Source: an uncultured Planctomycetia bacterium (GTDB taxonomy: Bacteria > Planctomycetota > GCA-002687715 > DRQF01). From it: 64,000 bases of DNA. The stretch spans positions 2,231 through 66,230 of the forward strand of contig CAZLGG010000003.1 in NCBI GenBank assembly GCA_964559135.1, written 5' to 3'. The position numbers and the translations under genes are program-made. The notes beneath the pieces are model-generated. The model had not been told where the DNA came from and did not search any database. It saw nothing but the letters and a program-made list of their open reading frames with translations. This document shows, piece by piece, positions 46,610 to 55,790 of the stretch (position 1 is its first letter; each line of letters opens with the position of its first letter).

Positions 46610-48949
46610 TCAGCGCACCGGAACCTCGATCTCGGGATGAGATCGGGAGGCCTCGATGGGGTCTTCGGTCTGGGAATCCGGGGCGTCCGGGACGTCTTTC
46701 ATGCGCTGGAGCCCACGGAGGATGAAGACCGTGAGGGGGACCACTCCGCCGAGGAGGAAGATCGCGCCGCCGAGCATCCGCATCCACGTGAAGGTCTGAA
46801 ACGTCGATCCAGCGATGAAGTCGAGGGAGCGCGCCTGCCAAAGGCCCGAGGAAAGAACGACGTTCAGCTGGACCAGCCCCACGGGGAAGGTGTCCAAGAG
46901 GACCATGGCCATGAGCCCGATGTTGATGGACCAGAAGGAGACCCGGATCCATCGAGCATTCCAGGCCGAGGGGGCGAGAATGTACCGGGCGCAGAACAGC
47001 ACCGCGGCGATGGAGAGGTTTCCATAGACGCCCATCAACGCGGCGTGGCCGTGGTTGACCGTCAGATAGGTGCCGTGCTCGTAGTAGTTCACGATGGGAA
47101 GGTTGATGATGAAGCCAAAGACGCCCGCGCCGAGGAAGTTCCAGAAGCTGACCGCCATGAGAAACATGAAGGCTTCCTGGAGTCCGAACCGGCCCTTGCC
47201 GTCTCTCCGACCGTTGTTCTCGCGGCGACGTTCGGCGGGAAGTCTGCGGAAGTGCCAGGCGTCCAGCATCAGCAGGATGAGAGGCACGACCTGCAGCGTC
47301 GAGAACACGCTTCCCACCGCCATGGTCGCCGTCGGTTTGGCGTTCCAATAGAAGTTGTGGGCGATCCCGAGAAACCCGGAGCCCAGGAAGAGAATCACCG
47401 CCAGATAGACGGTCCGCTCCGCGGAGGCGCGGGTCACGAGACCCATGGACACCAAGAACCAGGCGACGATCACCGTCGTGAAGACTTCGAAGAAGCATTC
47501 CGCCCACATGTGAATCACCATCCAGCGCCAGAAGTCCGCGATGACGAAGTTCGTCCGGGGAGACGCCACGAAACTCGAGAGGAAGAGAACCGAAATCCCG
47601 ATCGTCGTGTAGAGGAGCCAGTGGGGAATGGTGAACCAGGATTTTCGATCCAAGGCCGGCTTGACGCCGCGGAAGACGATGACACTCCACAGGACCAGCG
47701 AAGCGAAGAGGATGATCTGGAAGGCCCTCCCGAGTTCGACGAATTCCCAACCCTGGTTGCCGAACCATCTCCATCCGGCGCCGAGGAGCCCTTTCGGTCC
47801 CAAGAGCACGCCGAGCAGGGTGCCGGCCACCACGGTGGCCAGCATGCCGAAGAGGATGTTGACGAGGAGGAGCTGGCGACGGGGCTCCGAGCCCGCGATC
47901 CGGGGTAACGCAAAGATCGATGCGGCAATCCAACAGGTGGCAATCCACAGGACCGAAACCTGGATGTGCCAACTGCGCGTGATGGTCAGCGGGAGCAGGG
48001 CCTGAATGTCGAAACCGAAAAAACGCGTCAACCCCACGAAGTCGTGGATCGTCAGGACTCCGGCCAAGACTTGCAACAGGAACAGGCTGATGGCGACGGC
48101 GAAGAACTTGTAGGTGGCGCGTTGAGTGGGGGTGGGAAGCCGGGCGTCGATGTCTTCGGTCGTCGTGAGGGGCGTATCCGGTCCGGATTCCTTGGCGGTG
48201 AGCGTCTTGAATTTTCCCTGGAGGTACAGGACGAGTCCCAAACCGAGAATGAGGCCCATGGAGCCGACGACGCTCCAGAGGAGGATGGAGCGGCCGGGGC
48301 GATTCCCAGCATCCGGGTCAAAGGGCCAGTCATGAGTGTAGCTCGCCTCTTCGCCGGGGCGTTCCGCGGCGCAGACCCAAGCACCCCAGTAGAAGAACGA
48401 GGCGAGATCGTTCAGCTCCCGGTCATCGCGGATGTAGCGAAGCGGGCGGAAGCCCCGGGGACCGTCACCTCGGAAACTCTCGCGCACCCAGGCGCGTACC
48501 GATTCCAGGCCGGCCTCTCCGGCGGCCGTGAGGGGGAGTGTTTTCGTCTTCTCATCGAAGCGGTTCTCATGAAGCTCCCGACGCACCCCGATCTGAACCA
48601 CTTCCAGCTCATCAGACGTGAGCGCGCGACCCAATCGCGAACGCAGTGCGGCCGTTTCATGGGCCGCCATGCCGAGATAGGCCACGTGAAGAGCCGTGGC
48701 GGTGAAGTCCGGCCCCCGGCCGCCCCCGTCCCCGAACATGCTGCCGTACTGCATGAGCGCGTACTTCTGGAAGACAGCCTGGCCGGCCAGAATGGCGTGC
48801 TCATCGATGAGAACGTCACCGTTCTTCGCTGTGAATCGGGGAAGAGGAGGCGCGTCCTGGTAGGTGCGAATACCCATCCAGAGAACGCCGGACCCTCCGG
48901 CCAGAAGAACGATGAGGAGGGGTATCCAGAGTCTGGGTGAGTTGGTCAT
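46610..48949 (-). CDS. norZ: Quinol-dependent nitric oxide reductase (qNOR), large single subunit
   Basis: 779 aa. N-terminal qNOR extension (…YGSMFGDGGGRGPDFTATALH…) plus a heme-copper oxidase core with conserved His (HMWAECFFE, HNFYWNAKP). GAGAGA RBS. Confidence 0.85.
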   Translation of the reverse strand: MTNSPRLWIPLLIVLLAGGSGVLWMGIRTYQDAPPLPRFTAKNGDVLIDEHAILAGQAVFQKYALMQYGSMFGDGGGRGPDFTATALHVAYLGMAAHETAALRSRLGRALTSDELEVVQIGVRRELHENRFDEKTKTLPLTAAGEAGLESVRAWVRESFRGDGPRGFRPLRYIRDDRELNDLASFFYWGAWVCAAERPGEEASYTHDWPFDPDAGNRPGRSILLWSVVGSMGLILGLGLVLYLQGKFKTLTAKESGPDTPLTTTEDIDARLPTPTQRATYKFFAVAISLFLLQVLAGVLTIHDFVGLTRFFGFDIQALLPLTITRSWHIQVSVLWIATCWIAASIFALPRIAGSEPRRQLLLVNILFGMLATVVAGTLLGVLLGPKGLLGAGWRWFGNQGWEFVELGRAFQIILFASLVLWSVIVFRGVKPALDRKSWFTIPHWLLYTTIGISVLFLSSFVASPRTNFVIADFWRWMVIHMWAECFFEVFTTVIVAWFLVSMGLVTRASAERTVYLAVILFLGSGFLGIAHNFYWNAKPTATMAVGSVFSTLQVVPLILLMLDAWHFRRLPAERRRENNGRRDGKGRFGLQEAFMFLMAVSFWNFLGAGVFGFIINLPIVNYYEHGTYLTVNHGHAALMGVYGNLSIAAVLFCARYILAPSAWNARWIRVSFWSINIGLMAMVLLDTFPVGLVQLNVVLSSGLWQARSLDFIAGSTFQTFTWMRMLGGAIFLLGGVVPLTVFILRGLQRMKDVPDAPDSQTEDPIEASRSHPEIEVPVR

Positions 48950-49121
48950 GTTTCGTCTCTCGGAACGGCGGGATCACTGCTTGTGTGCGGATTCTCGCCG
49001 TCTGTGTCCTATGTGACAAAGAAAAAACAGACGCTTTGTACGATTATGTGTGAAATGGTAATATCTGCCCGCGAATGGAAAGTGATTTCACCGAAATCGG
49101 TCCCCCACCCAGGAGCCTGAC

Positions 49122-49556
49122 ATGAGTTTGGGAAACGCGATTCTACGGGCGAGGCAGCAAAGGAAGTTGACGCAGGGGGACGTGGGGCGCAAGGCCGGTC
49201 TCCAGACCTCCTATATCTCCCGCATCGAGAACGGACGGGTTCAGCCCACCATGGGAACGGTCGGGCGGATCGCTGAAGCGCTTGACGTCTCCCTTTCGGA
49301 TCTCTTTCGACTCGCCGAACACGCGAAGGAGACGAAATTGCATCGCTGTCCGGTCAGCCAGACGGGCGACTGCATCGGCGAGTTGATTCGCAACGCCACC
49401 GGGCGTCCGCCGGACGGAGGAAAGGCCCACTACGGGCCGGAGGAACTCCACATCCTACGGATGGCCGACTACCTCGTCGTCCACGGCACGACGGACGATC
49501 GCCGCGCTCTCGCCATCGTCCTCGAAGGTTTCCTCGCACGAAAAACCCGTTCCTGA
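49122..49556 (+). CDS. XRE-family HTH transcriptional regulator with a C-terminal Cys-containing domain
   Basis: N-terminal HTH LTQGDVGRKAGLQTSYISRIENGRVQP. C-terminal CPVSQTGDC. Divergent from norZ across an AT-rich 172-bp gap. Confidence 0.7.
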   Translation: MSLGNAILRARQQRKLTQGDVGRKAGLQTSYISRIENGRVQPTMGTVGRIAEALDVSLSDLFRLAEHAKETKLHRCPVSQTGDCIGELIRNATGRPPDGGKAHYGPEELHILRMADYLVVHGTTDDRRALAIVLEGFLARKTRS

Positions 49557-49584
49557 GACGTGGCTCACTCGCCGCGCGCCGAAC

Positions 49585-51702
49585 TCAGGGCTCCGCCGTG
49601 ACGGAGAGTCCGTTCGAGAAGGCCCAACCGAGCGGAATGGATGGATCCGCGGCCAGCCATTGAGCGTGAAGGGTGAAGCCGGCCAACGCGGGGACGAAGG
49701 GGATCATCGACACGAGGCTGGCGTTGCCGAAACCATCGGTTGCCGTGAAGAACGAGAGGTCCGGCGACACGAGGAGAGAGCAACCGGGCGCTCCGACCGA
49801 CGTGAGGTCGAGAGGCAGGGGAGTGAGGCCCCATTGCGTCGTGCTATTCCCCACGATGAGAATCGCTGTCGCCCCCGGCTGAGCTCCACCGAGGGTCAAC
49901 GTGAAGTCGCTCGTTCCGATACTGGGTTCCCCCGTCCACGAGGCCACGAGCCCGTTGCATCCCGTCCCGAAAGACGTCACGGCTTGCGCGCCGGGCGTCG
50001 ACCACGTGGCTTCTTCCATCAGATGACCGAAGTAGGGCGCTTGGAGATCCTCGAGGGGTTCTCCGTGCCCCGTCGTCGTCCACCCCTTGGCGTCCACGAG
50101 ATCGCGATAAGCGCGTCGGTAGATCAGTCGCGCACGCACTTTGTAACTGCCGCCTCCGGGAAGGAGCTGAAAGGAATAGTTGGTCGTGTCCGTGGCTAGG
50201 GCCGGCAGACGGGTGTCGTACTGAACCGAGGCCGCTTCGGTGAAGAAGCTCGGCCCGTTGCCGTTGGCATCCAAGGTGACCTTGGCGAAGGTCTTGCCGG
50301 GAAGACCGGCGAAGTAACCCTGTGCCGGGCTCCCCACGCCCCCGATGGCGTCGATCTGTTGCGATCCCGTGTCGATGAGTTTCTGGCCGTCCTCGATACG
50401 CCATGCCTCGACCAGGAGGATCATGTTGCGGATGGGGACTCCGGTGGGCACATGATGTCCGGCGTGATTGTTCGTGGCGTCGACGGTGACCTGCAACTCC
50501 GACGACGTCTGCTGAACCGTGAGACTCAGATCGACGGCGTTCTCCAGATACTCCGGCGAGGTCCCCAGTATGTCGTGGGTGCGCACTTCGGAGGGATCCC
50601 TTTGGACCGGTGCAAGGGCACACAGGTTCGTCTGCCCGTTCGGAGGCATATGGCAGTCCGTGCATGTTTCGTAGAGGGGGTTGGTCGGATCGGAGTAGGG
50701 GCTCGCCAACCATTCGTTCCACGTGGGCTCGGCTACGATTCCGTTCGGCTCGTCGTAGATGCCGTTCTCGTCCGGATCATTCTTGTCCTGATGGCAGGTC
50801 GCGCACATCTCCGCTTTGAGCTGAGGCTGGTAGGAAGGGCGCATGAGGCCCGGGATGCTGAAGTCGGCATCGGGAAGCGTTCCGTATTGCACCTGATGGG
50901 ACGTGATCGGCGAGGCGGGTCGGTTGAACGTGACAGCCGTCGCATGCACGCCCGGGTAGTCGAGCTTCGTTGTGTCGACATCCGCGATCTTGTGGCAGAC
51001 CTCGCACGATACACCGTTCGCCGCGGCTTGACTGAGAGCGTTCAGGGGGTCCATCGGACTGAACGCTTGAGCAATCCAGATCTGAGGCTGGTGGCAGGCG
51101 GCGCATTCGCCCCCCGGCAGGGCTGTCGCATGGACGGAGTCGGTGGTGTAGACGAAGCCGCCATTGCCCCCCGGAGTGCCTGAGCCGTCGAAGACGTCAT
51201 AGACCCAGAGGTTTTGCCCCGTATGCGCCATGCGCGAGCCGGTCCATTCCACCTCCTGCTGGGGGTGGCATCCTCCGCACACGGGGGGATCGAGGAACGT
51301 GTATCCCGGGTCGTTGCCCACGACGACCATCTCCAGGTTGAGGATGATGCCCATCGCGGGGGCGGTGACGATGACGGACGCGTTGTAATAGCCCTTCTTG
51401 CCGGCGACGATCTTCAAGTTGGACCCCGACAGCGATGGCAAGGAAAACGATCCGTCCGCTGCCGTCGTCGTGCGATTGAGGTCGCCCTGCAGAGAAACAG
51501 TGGCGTCGGCGAGTGGCGACCCCGCAGTGTCCATCACGAAGCCCGAGACCTGACCGATGAGATCGGCGGAAAGGAGGAAAGCCACCAGAACTGCGAGGGG
51601 AGTGAATTTCGACTTCATTGCAAATGGGCCCTTGGAAACGGATCGGCGCATCCCCAACGGAGGACGCGGGGGTATTCTCCCGAAATCGGTCAGCCGCGGC
51701 AA
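49585..51702 (-). CDS. Secreted pentaheme c-type cytochrome (paralog B of 44528..46573)
   Basis: Five CxxCH motifs (CGGCH, CAACH, CEVCH, CATCH, CTDCH). Collinear with paralog A at high amino-acid similarity across the whole length. Confidence 0.7.
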   Translation of the reverse strand: MPRLTDFGRIPPRPPLGMRRSVSKGPFAMKSKFTPLAVLVAFLLSADLIGQVSGFVMDTAGSPLADATVSLQGDLNRTTTAADGSFSLPSLSGSNLKIVAGKKGYYNASVIVTAPAMGIILNLEMVVVGNDPGYTFLDPPVCGGCHPQQEVEWTGSRMAHTGQNLWVYDVFDGSGTPGGNGGFVYTTDSVHATALPGGECAACHQPQIWIAQAFSPMDPLNALSQAAANGVSCEVCHKIADVDTTKLDYPGVHATAVTFNRPASPITSHQVQYGTLPDADFSIPGLMRPSYQPQLKAEMCATCHQDKNDPDENGIYDEPNGIVAEPTWNEWLASPYSDPTNPLYETCTDCHMPPNGQTNLCALAPVQRDPSEVRTHDILGTSPEYLENAVDLSLTVQQTSSELQVTVDATNNHAGHHVPTGVPIRNMILLVEAWRIEDGQKLIDTGSQQIDAIGGVGSPAQGYFAGLPGKTFAKVTLDANGNGPSFFTEAASVQYDTRLPALATDTTNYSFQLLPGGGSYKVRARLIYRRAYRDLVDAKGWTTTGHGEPLEDLQAPYFGHLMEEATWSTPGAQAVTSFGTGCNGLVASWTGEPSIGTSDFTLTLGGAQPGATAILIVGNSTTQWGLTPLPLDLTSVGAPGCSLLVSPDLSFFTATDGFGNASLVSMIPFVPALAGFTLHAQWLAADPSIPLGWAFSNGLSVTAEP

Positions 51703-51818
51703 AAGAAAAACGTCTGCGCCCCCATGATTTCGGCGCGCACCTTGGCGGGTATCAAGGGAAAGCCCTTTCCCCGTGTGACTTCTACCGGGCGAGGGGGATT
51801 CTTGTCATCGTGGGAGGG

Positions 51819-54800
51819 ATGAATCCGCTCCGCAAAGAAAGCCCGCCAAGTCTCTTCGCGTCGGCTCTTTGGGCCGGCCTTCTCGCCGGTTCGGCTTTGG
51901 CGGCGAGGGATGTCGCCGGGCTTTGGGACCCGAGCGAGGAAGGCGCTTTCTCTGCGGGGGCGATTCTGCTCGCCCGCGTGTTGATCCTCGGAGCCGGGGC
52001 GGGCTTGGTCTTGGCCGCCGTCGTGCTGGCGCATCGCGGAGCCTTCCGGCTCATCCGACGCTGGGAGTCCCTGGCTCGCTGGGTACCGGCCCTCCTTTTC
52101 GCCGCCTTGCTCATGACTCTTTGGCGTGACCTCTCGACGCGAGTTCTTTCCGGGCCCGCGGTATCGAAGAGCGCCTGGGCGGACCCCATGAGTCGCGCCC
52201 TGCCGTGGCTCCTGATGGGAATGTTCGCAGCCACCCTGCGCATCGTCGCGGCCCATGTGCGGGCCTGTTCCCGCTGGAGCCTTTGGAGAACCCTCGCCCT
52301 GGGGATGGGCTACATCGGCGTGGGATTCCTTCTCGACGCCGCCGATCGCAGATTCTACCCAGGTCTCTACCTCTACCTCCACGACGTGCTCGCTGCCACG
52401 GCGCTCATCTCCGTCGCGGTGGGCATAGGGGTGGTGGTCGATCGTTGGGGTGGAACCCGTCGAGCGACATGGGCAGCCCTGCTCATCGTTTTCGGAGCCA
52501 TCCTGGCCGATCGCATCGTGACGATCGGTCCCCGTGAACGGTTCCTTCTCCACGCTCGAACCCTCGAGGGGCGCCGAGTCTTGGAGCTCTGGAGGGCGCT
52601 CGGCCTCGACAAAACGAGCAGCCCAGCAGGAACTCTTCCGGTGGAGGATTTCCGCGAGGCGCGAAGAAGGAGTCTGGAGCGATCCGCGGCCGTGGGGCGG
52701 CAGCGTTCCTCGTCCGTCCGAAACGTCGTCTGGCTGACCGTCGACACGCTGAGACGGGATCACTTGGGGTGCTATGGCTATCAGCGGCACGCGACGTCCC
52801 CGAATTTGGATCGGTTCGCCAAAAAGGCCGCGGTGTTCGAGTCGGCGCACGCTCAGTTTCCAATCACGAGTCTCTCCTTTCAGTCGATGTTCTACGGCCG
52901 TTTCCCGTCCGCCACCCCCTTGTTCCAGGCGATGCAGGGACACCAACTCGACCCGCCCTTGCTCACCCTGGCGGAGACTCTTCGCGCGGGCGGCCTGCGC
53001 ACGGCGGGTGTTCCCGCCATCGCCGGTGATGACCTGAAGCACCCGGCCTACCGTGTCCTGGGCAAGGGTTTCGACTTGCTCCCCTCCGCTCGCGAAAGAC
53101 GCGACATCAGCGAGCCCGCCCAGGCCGGACGGGCGATCGAATACCTCTCCTCCCTCGCCGCCGATCGATTCTTCCTTTGGGTGCACCTCATGGGGCCCCA
53201 CCACCCCTACGTCGTGCGCAGTCACGACTTCGGCACGAGCGACGTGGACCGCTACGATTCCGAGATCGCGGAGACCGATCGTTGGATCGGGCGTATTCTG
53301 GGCGCACTCGCTGACCTGGGACTCGAAGACGACACGGTCGTCGTCATCAATGCCGACCACGGCGAGGCCTTCGGCGAACACGCATCCCGCTACCACGGCA
53401 CCACGCTCTACGAGGAGCAAATCGCGGTTCCGCTCCTGATCCACGTGCCGGGACTGCCCGCCCGACGGCTGCGACAGGCGGTGGGTAACGTGGACATCAT
53501 GCCCACTGTCTTGGCGCTCATGGATGTCCCGCCTGCCCACGCCCAGCAAGGCCGCAACCTCTTGGGACTGCTGAGGGACGGGGCGAACAGCGCCGCCGCG
53601 CCGATGTCCATCACGTTCGCGGAGATTCCTCCGGCGATTCCCGCCATGTCACCGGCGAACACCGACCGTTTCGCGGCGATTGGGGAGCGGTGGAAGTTCA
53701 TTCGGAATGAACGGGCCGGCTTCAACGAGCTCTACGACCTCGTCACCGATCCGGAGGAGACCAAGAACCGGGCGGGGGAGGGGTTGGATCAGGAGGCCTG
53801 GCTCGACGCCGCCGTTTCGGTCTTCAGGGAGGAGTCGGCGACGCTCGTCCGAAACAAAGCGGAAGAAACGGTCGAAGAAAAGCTGCACCGGGCTCGGTCG
53901 GCGCTCGCGGTGAAATCCATCCCTGCCCGATGTGATGCCCTTCTCCGCCTCCTCCGGGAGAAGGACCCGGACCTGAACCCCTTTTTCAAAGAGGTCTGGG
54001 ACGATCCCGGGCGGCACTACCTGTTGAAGAACCTCATCGTGTTGATGGCCCCCGAAGTCCTCGGCGACGACTTTCCCCAGGCGGCCCAAGCGATTCTGAA
54101 GAACCCCGTCTCGGCAGGCACGCTCGTGGCCCTCCTGGAGGTCATCGACCGGAACGTGAAGGCGGACCCGCCCCAGTCGTTGATTGACGCGCTGGCAGGG
54201 CGACTCTCCGCTCCCCACGCCGTCGCCCGCCGCGCCGCAGAGGTTTTGGCCCGCTGGGGGGATTCACGGGGGCGTGCCGTCCTCGAGGCGGATCTCAGCA
54301 GTGACGATCCCCTCCTCGCTCGCCGCGCCGCCGTGGGGCTCGCTCGGTTGGACTCCCGAGCGGGGGAGAACATTCTCGCCGCGTCCATCCTGCGTGACCT
54401 CGCCGACACCGACGCGGTGACGGCGGTGGTGAATTCCTTGACTCGACTTCGAAGCAAGACCGTGCTTCGGACCCTCTTGGAAGTGGCGCAGAATCGCTAT
54501 CTGCATTATGAGATCAAACGGGCCATCCTGAGATATTTCGAGAGCTTGGACCGTCTGGATGAGGGGGAGTTCGGGTTGGTGGGTCTTCTCGCGGGATGGG
54601 ACCCCGAGGTAGGACGTCTCGTGGGGGAGACCGTCACGAAAAGGCTGGGCAAGGAGCGCCTCATGGGGCTGCGGGACGCGGCGCGGCGCGCCGACTCGGC
54701 GAAGGAGTTGGGCAAGCAGGGGCGCGCGCTGGACGCCGCGGGAGCCTTTCTCGACGCGGCGGCAGACATGAGAACGCCCCAGGGACGAGGCCGTTTTCTG

Positions 54801-55790
54801 CTGGAAGCCGGTCGCCAGGCTTGGTTGGCCGGCACGGCCGGGCAGGCGACACTGAAGAACGTCCTGCAACGATTGGGAGAGGCGTTCTCCCGCGCCGAGG
54901 GCGCTCCCGTCACCGCGTTGAGCCGGGAGATCGAAGACCTTCGACGTCGAACGGAGGATGTCGGGGCACCGCCGAAGGAAGGGCATCTGCGTGTCATGCA
55001 GGTGCTTCCGCTGTGTCGTCGCCCGCTTTGGTCGGGTCAGGAGATCCGTTTCGAGGTGACGGTCCAGAACACGGGCACGACGTTCCTTTCCGGCGGCGAC
55101 TGGCCGGGGGCGGTGCGCTTGGCCGTGGTGTGGCCGAAGGATGCCAAGGCTCCCCCTTCGCCGGCCATGCCCGTGCCGTTCGGGGGCATCGCCCCCGGCG
55201 AATCGGTCCGCGTCTATCTGGATGCCCGGGCGCCTGCCCGTGCGGGGGTGTTCTCCGCCACGGTCCGGGTCCAGCCGGGGAGGAAAGGGGCATGGGCCGC
55301 TCAGGTGAAGGGGGCGCGCTGTCACCGGGTGAGCGTCGTCGGGGCCGATCCGGCCGGGATAGAGCCGCGAGGACTGACCCTATCCGGCCGCGATCTTTTG
55401 ACCCTTTCCTGGAGGAGCCCGGCCCTCATCGGCGGCGTCGTGAACAACCGGGAGGAGGTGGAGTTGGAAGCCGTCCTCGTGGATCCGATACTCACCTTGC
55501 CGCCGCTGAAGAGTGTGAACGGCCCGTTGACTCTTCGCGTCGAACTGGCTCTCGACAGTCTGGGCCTTTTGGCGAAGGACGAGATCGAGTGCTATGCGTC
55601 TTGGAATGCGGAGGGGCGATTTCGAGATGCCTGGCGCCGTGTGCGGGCCATCCGCCCGGACGGAACGGTCCGTAGGCTCGAGTTCCATATTCCCCCGAAT
55701 GACCGGGGGATGAGCCCGCGGTTTTTGCGAATCGATCCAGGAACCTTCCCCCATCTCGTCACGATCAAGAGCGTGAGGATTCTCCCGTGA
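51819..55790 (+). CDS. Large multidomain membrane protein: N-terminal TM region, sulfatase-like (alkaline-phosphatase superfamily) transferase/hydrolase domain, HEAT/PBS-lyase-like repeats and a C-terminal beta domain
   Basis: ORF 51618..55790 (TTG) trimmed to MNPLRKE (GGGAGGG just upstream); start uncertain. Motif VVWLTVDTLRRDHLGCYGYQRHATSPNLDRFA; HEAT-like ARRAAEVLARWGDSRGRAVL…. Confidence 0.5.
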   Translation: MNPLRKESPPSLFASALWAGLLAGSALAARDVAGLWDPSEEGAFSAGAILLARVLILGAGAGLVLAAVVLAHRGAFRLIRRWESLARWVPALLFAALLMTLWRDLSTRVLSGPAVSKSAWADPMSRALPWLLMGMFAATLRIVAAHVRACSRWSLWRTLALGMGYIGVGFLLDAADRRFYPGLYLYLHDVLAATALISVAVGIGVVVDRWGGTRRATWAALLIVFGAILADRIVTIGPRERFLLHARTLEGRRVLELWRALGLDKTSSPAGTLPVEDFREARRRSLERSAAVGRQRSSSVRNVVWLTVDTLRRDHLGCYGYQRHATSPNLDRFAKKAAVFESAHAQFPITSLSFQSMFYGRFPSATPLFQAMQGHQLDPPLLTLAETLRAGGLRTAGVPAIAGDDLKHPAYRVLGKGFDLLPSARERRDISEPAQAGRAIEYLSSLAADRFFLWVHLMGPHHPYVVRSHDFGTSDVDRYDSEIAETDRWIGRILGALADLGLEDDTVVVINADHGEAFGEHASRYHGTTLYEEQIAVPLLIHVPGLPARRLRQAVGNVDIMPTVLALMDVPPAHAQQGRNLLGLLRDGANSAAAPMSITFAEIPPAIPAMSPANTDRFAAIGERWKFIRNERAGFNELYDLVTDPEETKNRAGEGLDQEAWLDAAVSVFREESATLVRNKAEETVEEKLHRARSALAVKSIPARCDALLRLLREKDPDLNPFFKEVWDDPGRHYLLKNLIVLMAPEVLGDDFPQAAQAILKNPVSAGTLVALLEVIDRNVKADPPQSLIDALAGRLSAPHAVARRAAEVLARWGDSRGRAVLEADLSSDDPLLARRAAVGLARLDSRAGENILAASILRDLADTDAVTAVVNSLTRLRSKTVLRTLLEVAQNRYLHYEIKRAILRYFESLDRLDEGEFGLVGLLAGWDPEVGRLVGETVTKRLGKERLMGLRDAARRADSAKELGKQGRALDAAGAFLDAAADMRTPQGRGRFLLEAGRQAWLAGTAGQATLKNVLQRLGEAFSRAEGAPVTALSREIEDLRRRTEDVGAPPKEGHLRVMQVLPLCRRPLWSGQEIRFEVTVQNTGTTFLSGGDWPGAVRLAVVWPKDAKAPPSPAMPVPFGGIAPGESVRVYLDARAPARAGVFSATVRVQPGRKGAWAAQVKGARCHRVSVVGADPAGIEPRGLTLSGRDLLTLSWRSPALIGGVVNNREEVELEAVLVDPILTLPPLKSVNGPLTLRVELALDSLGLLAKDEIECYASWNAEGRFRDAWRRVRAIRPDGTVRRLEFHIPPNDRGMSPRFLRIDPGTFPHLVTIKSVRILP

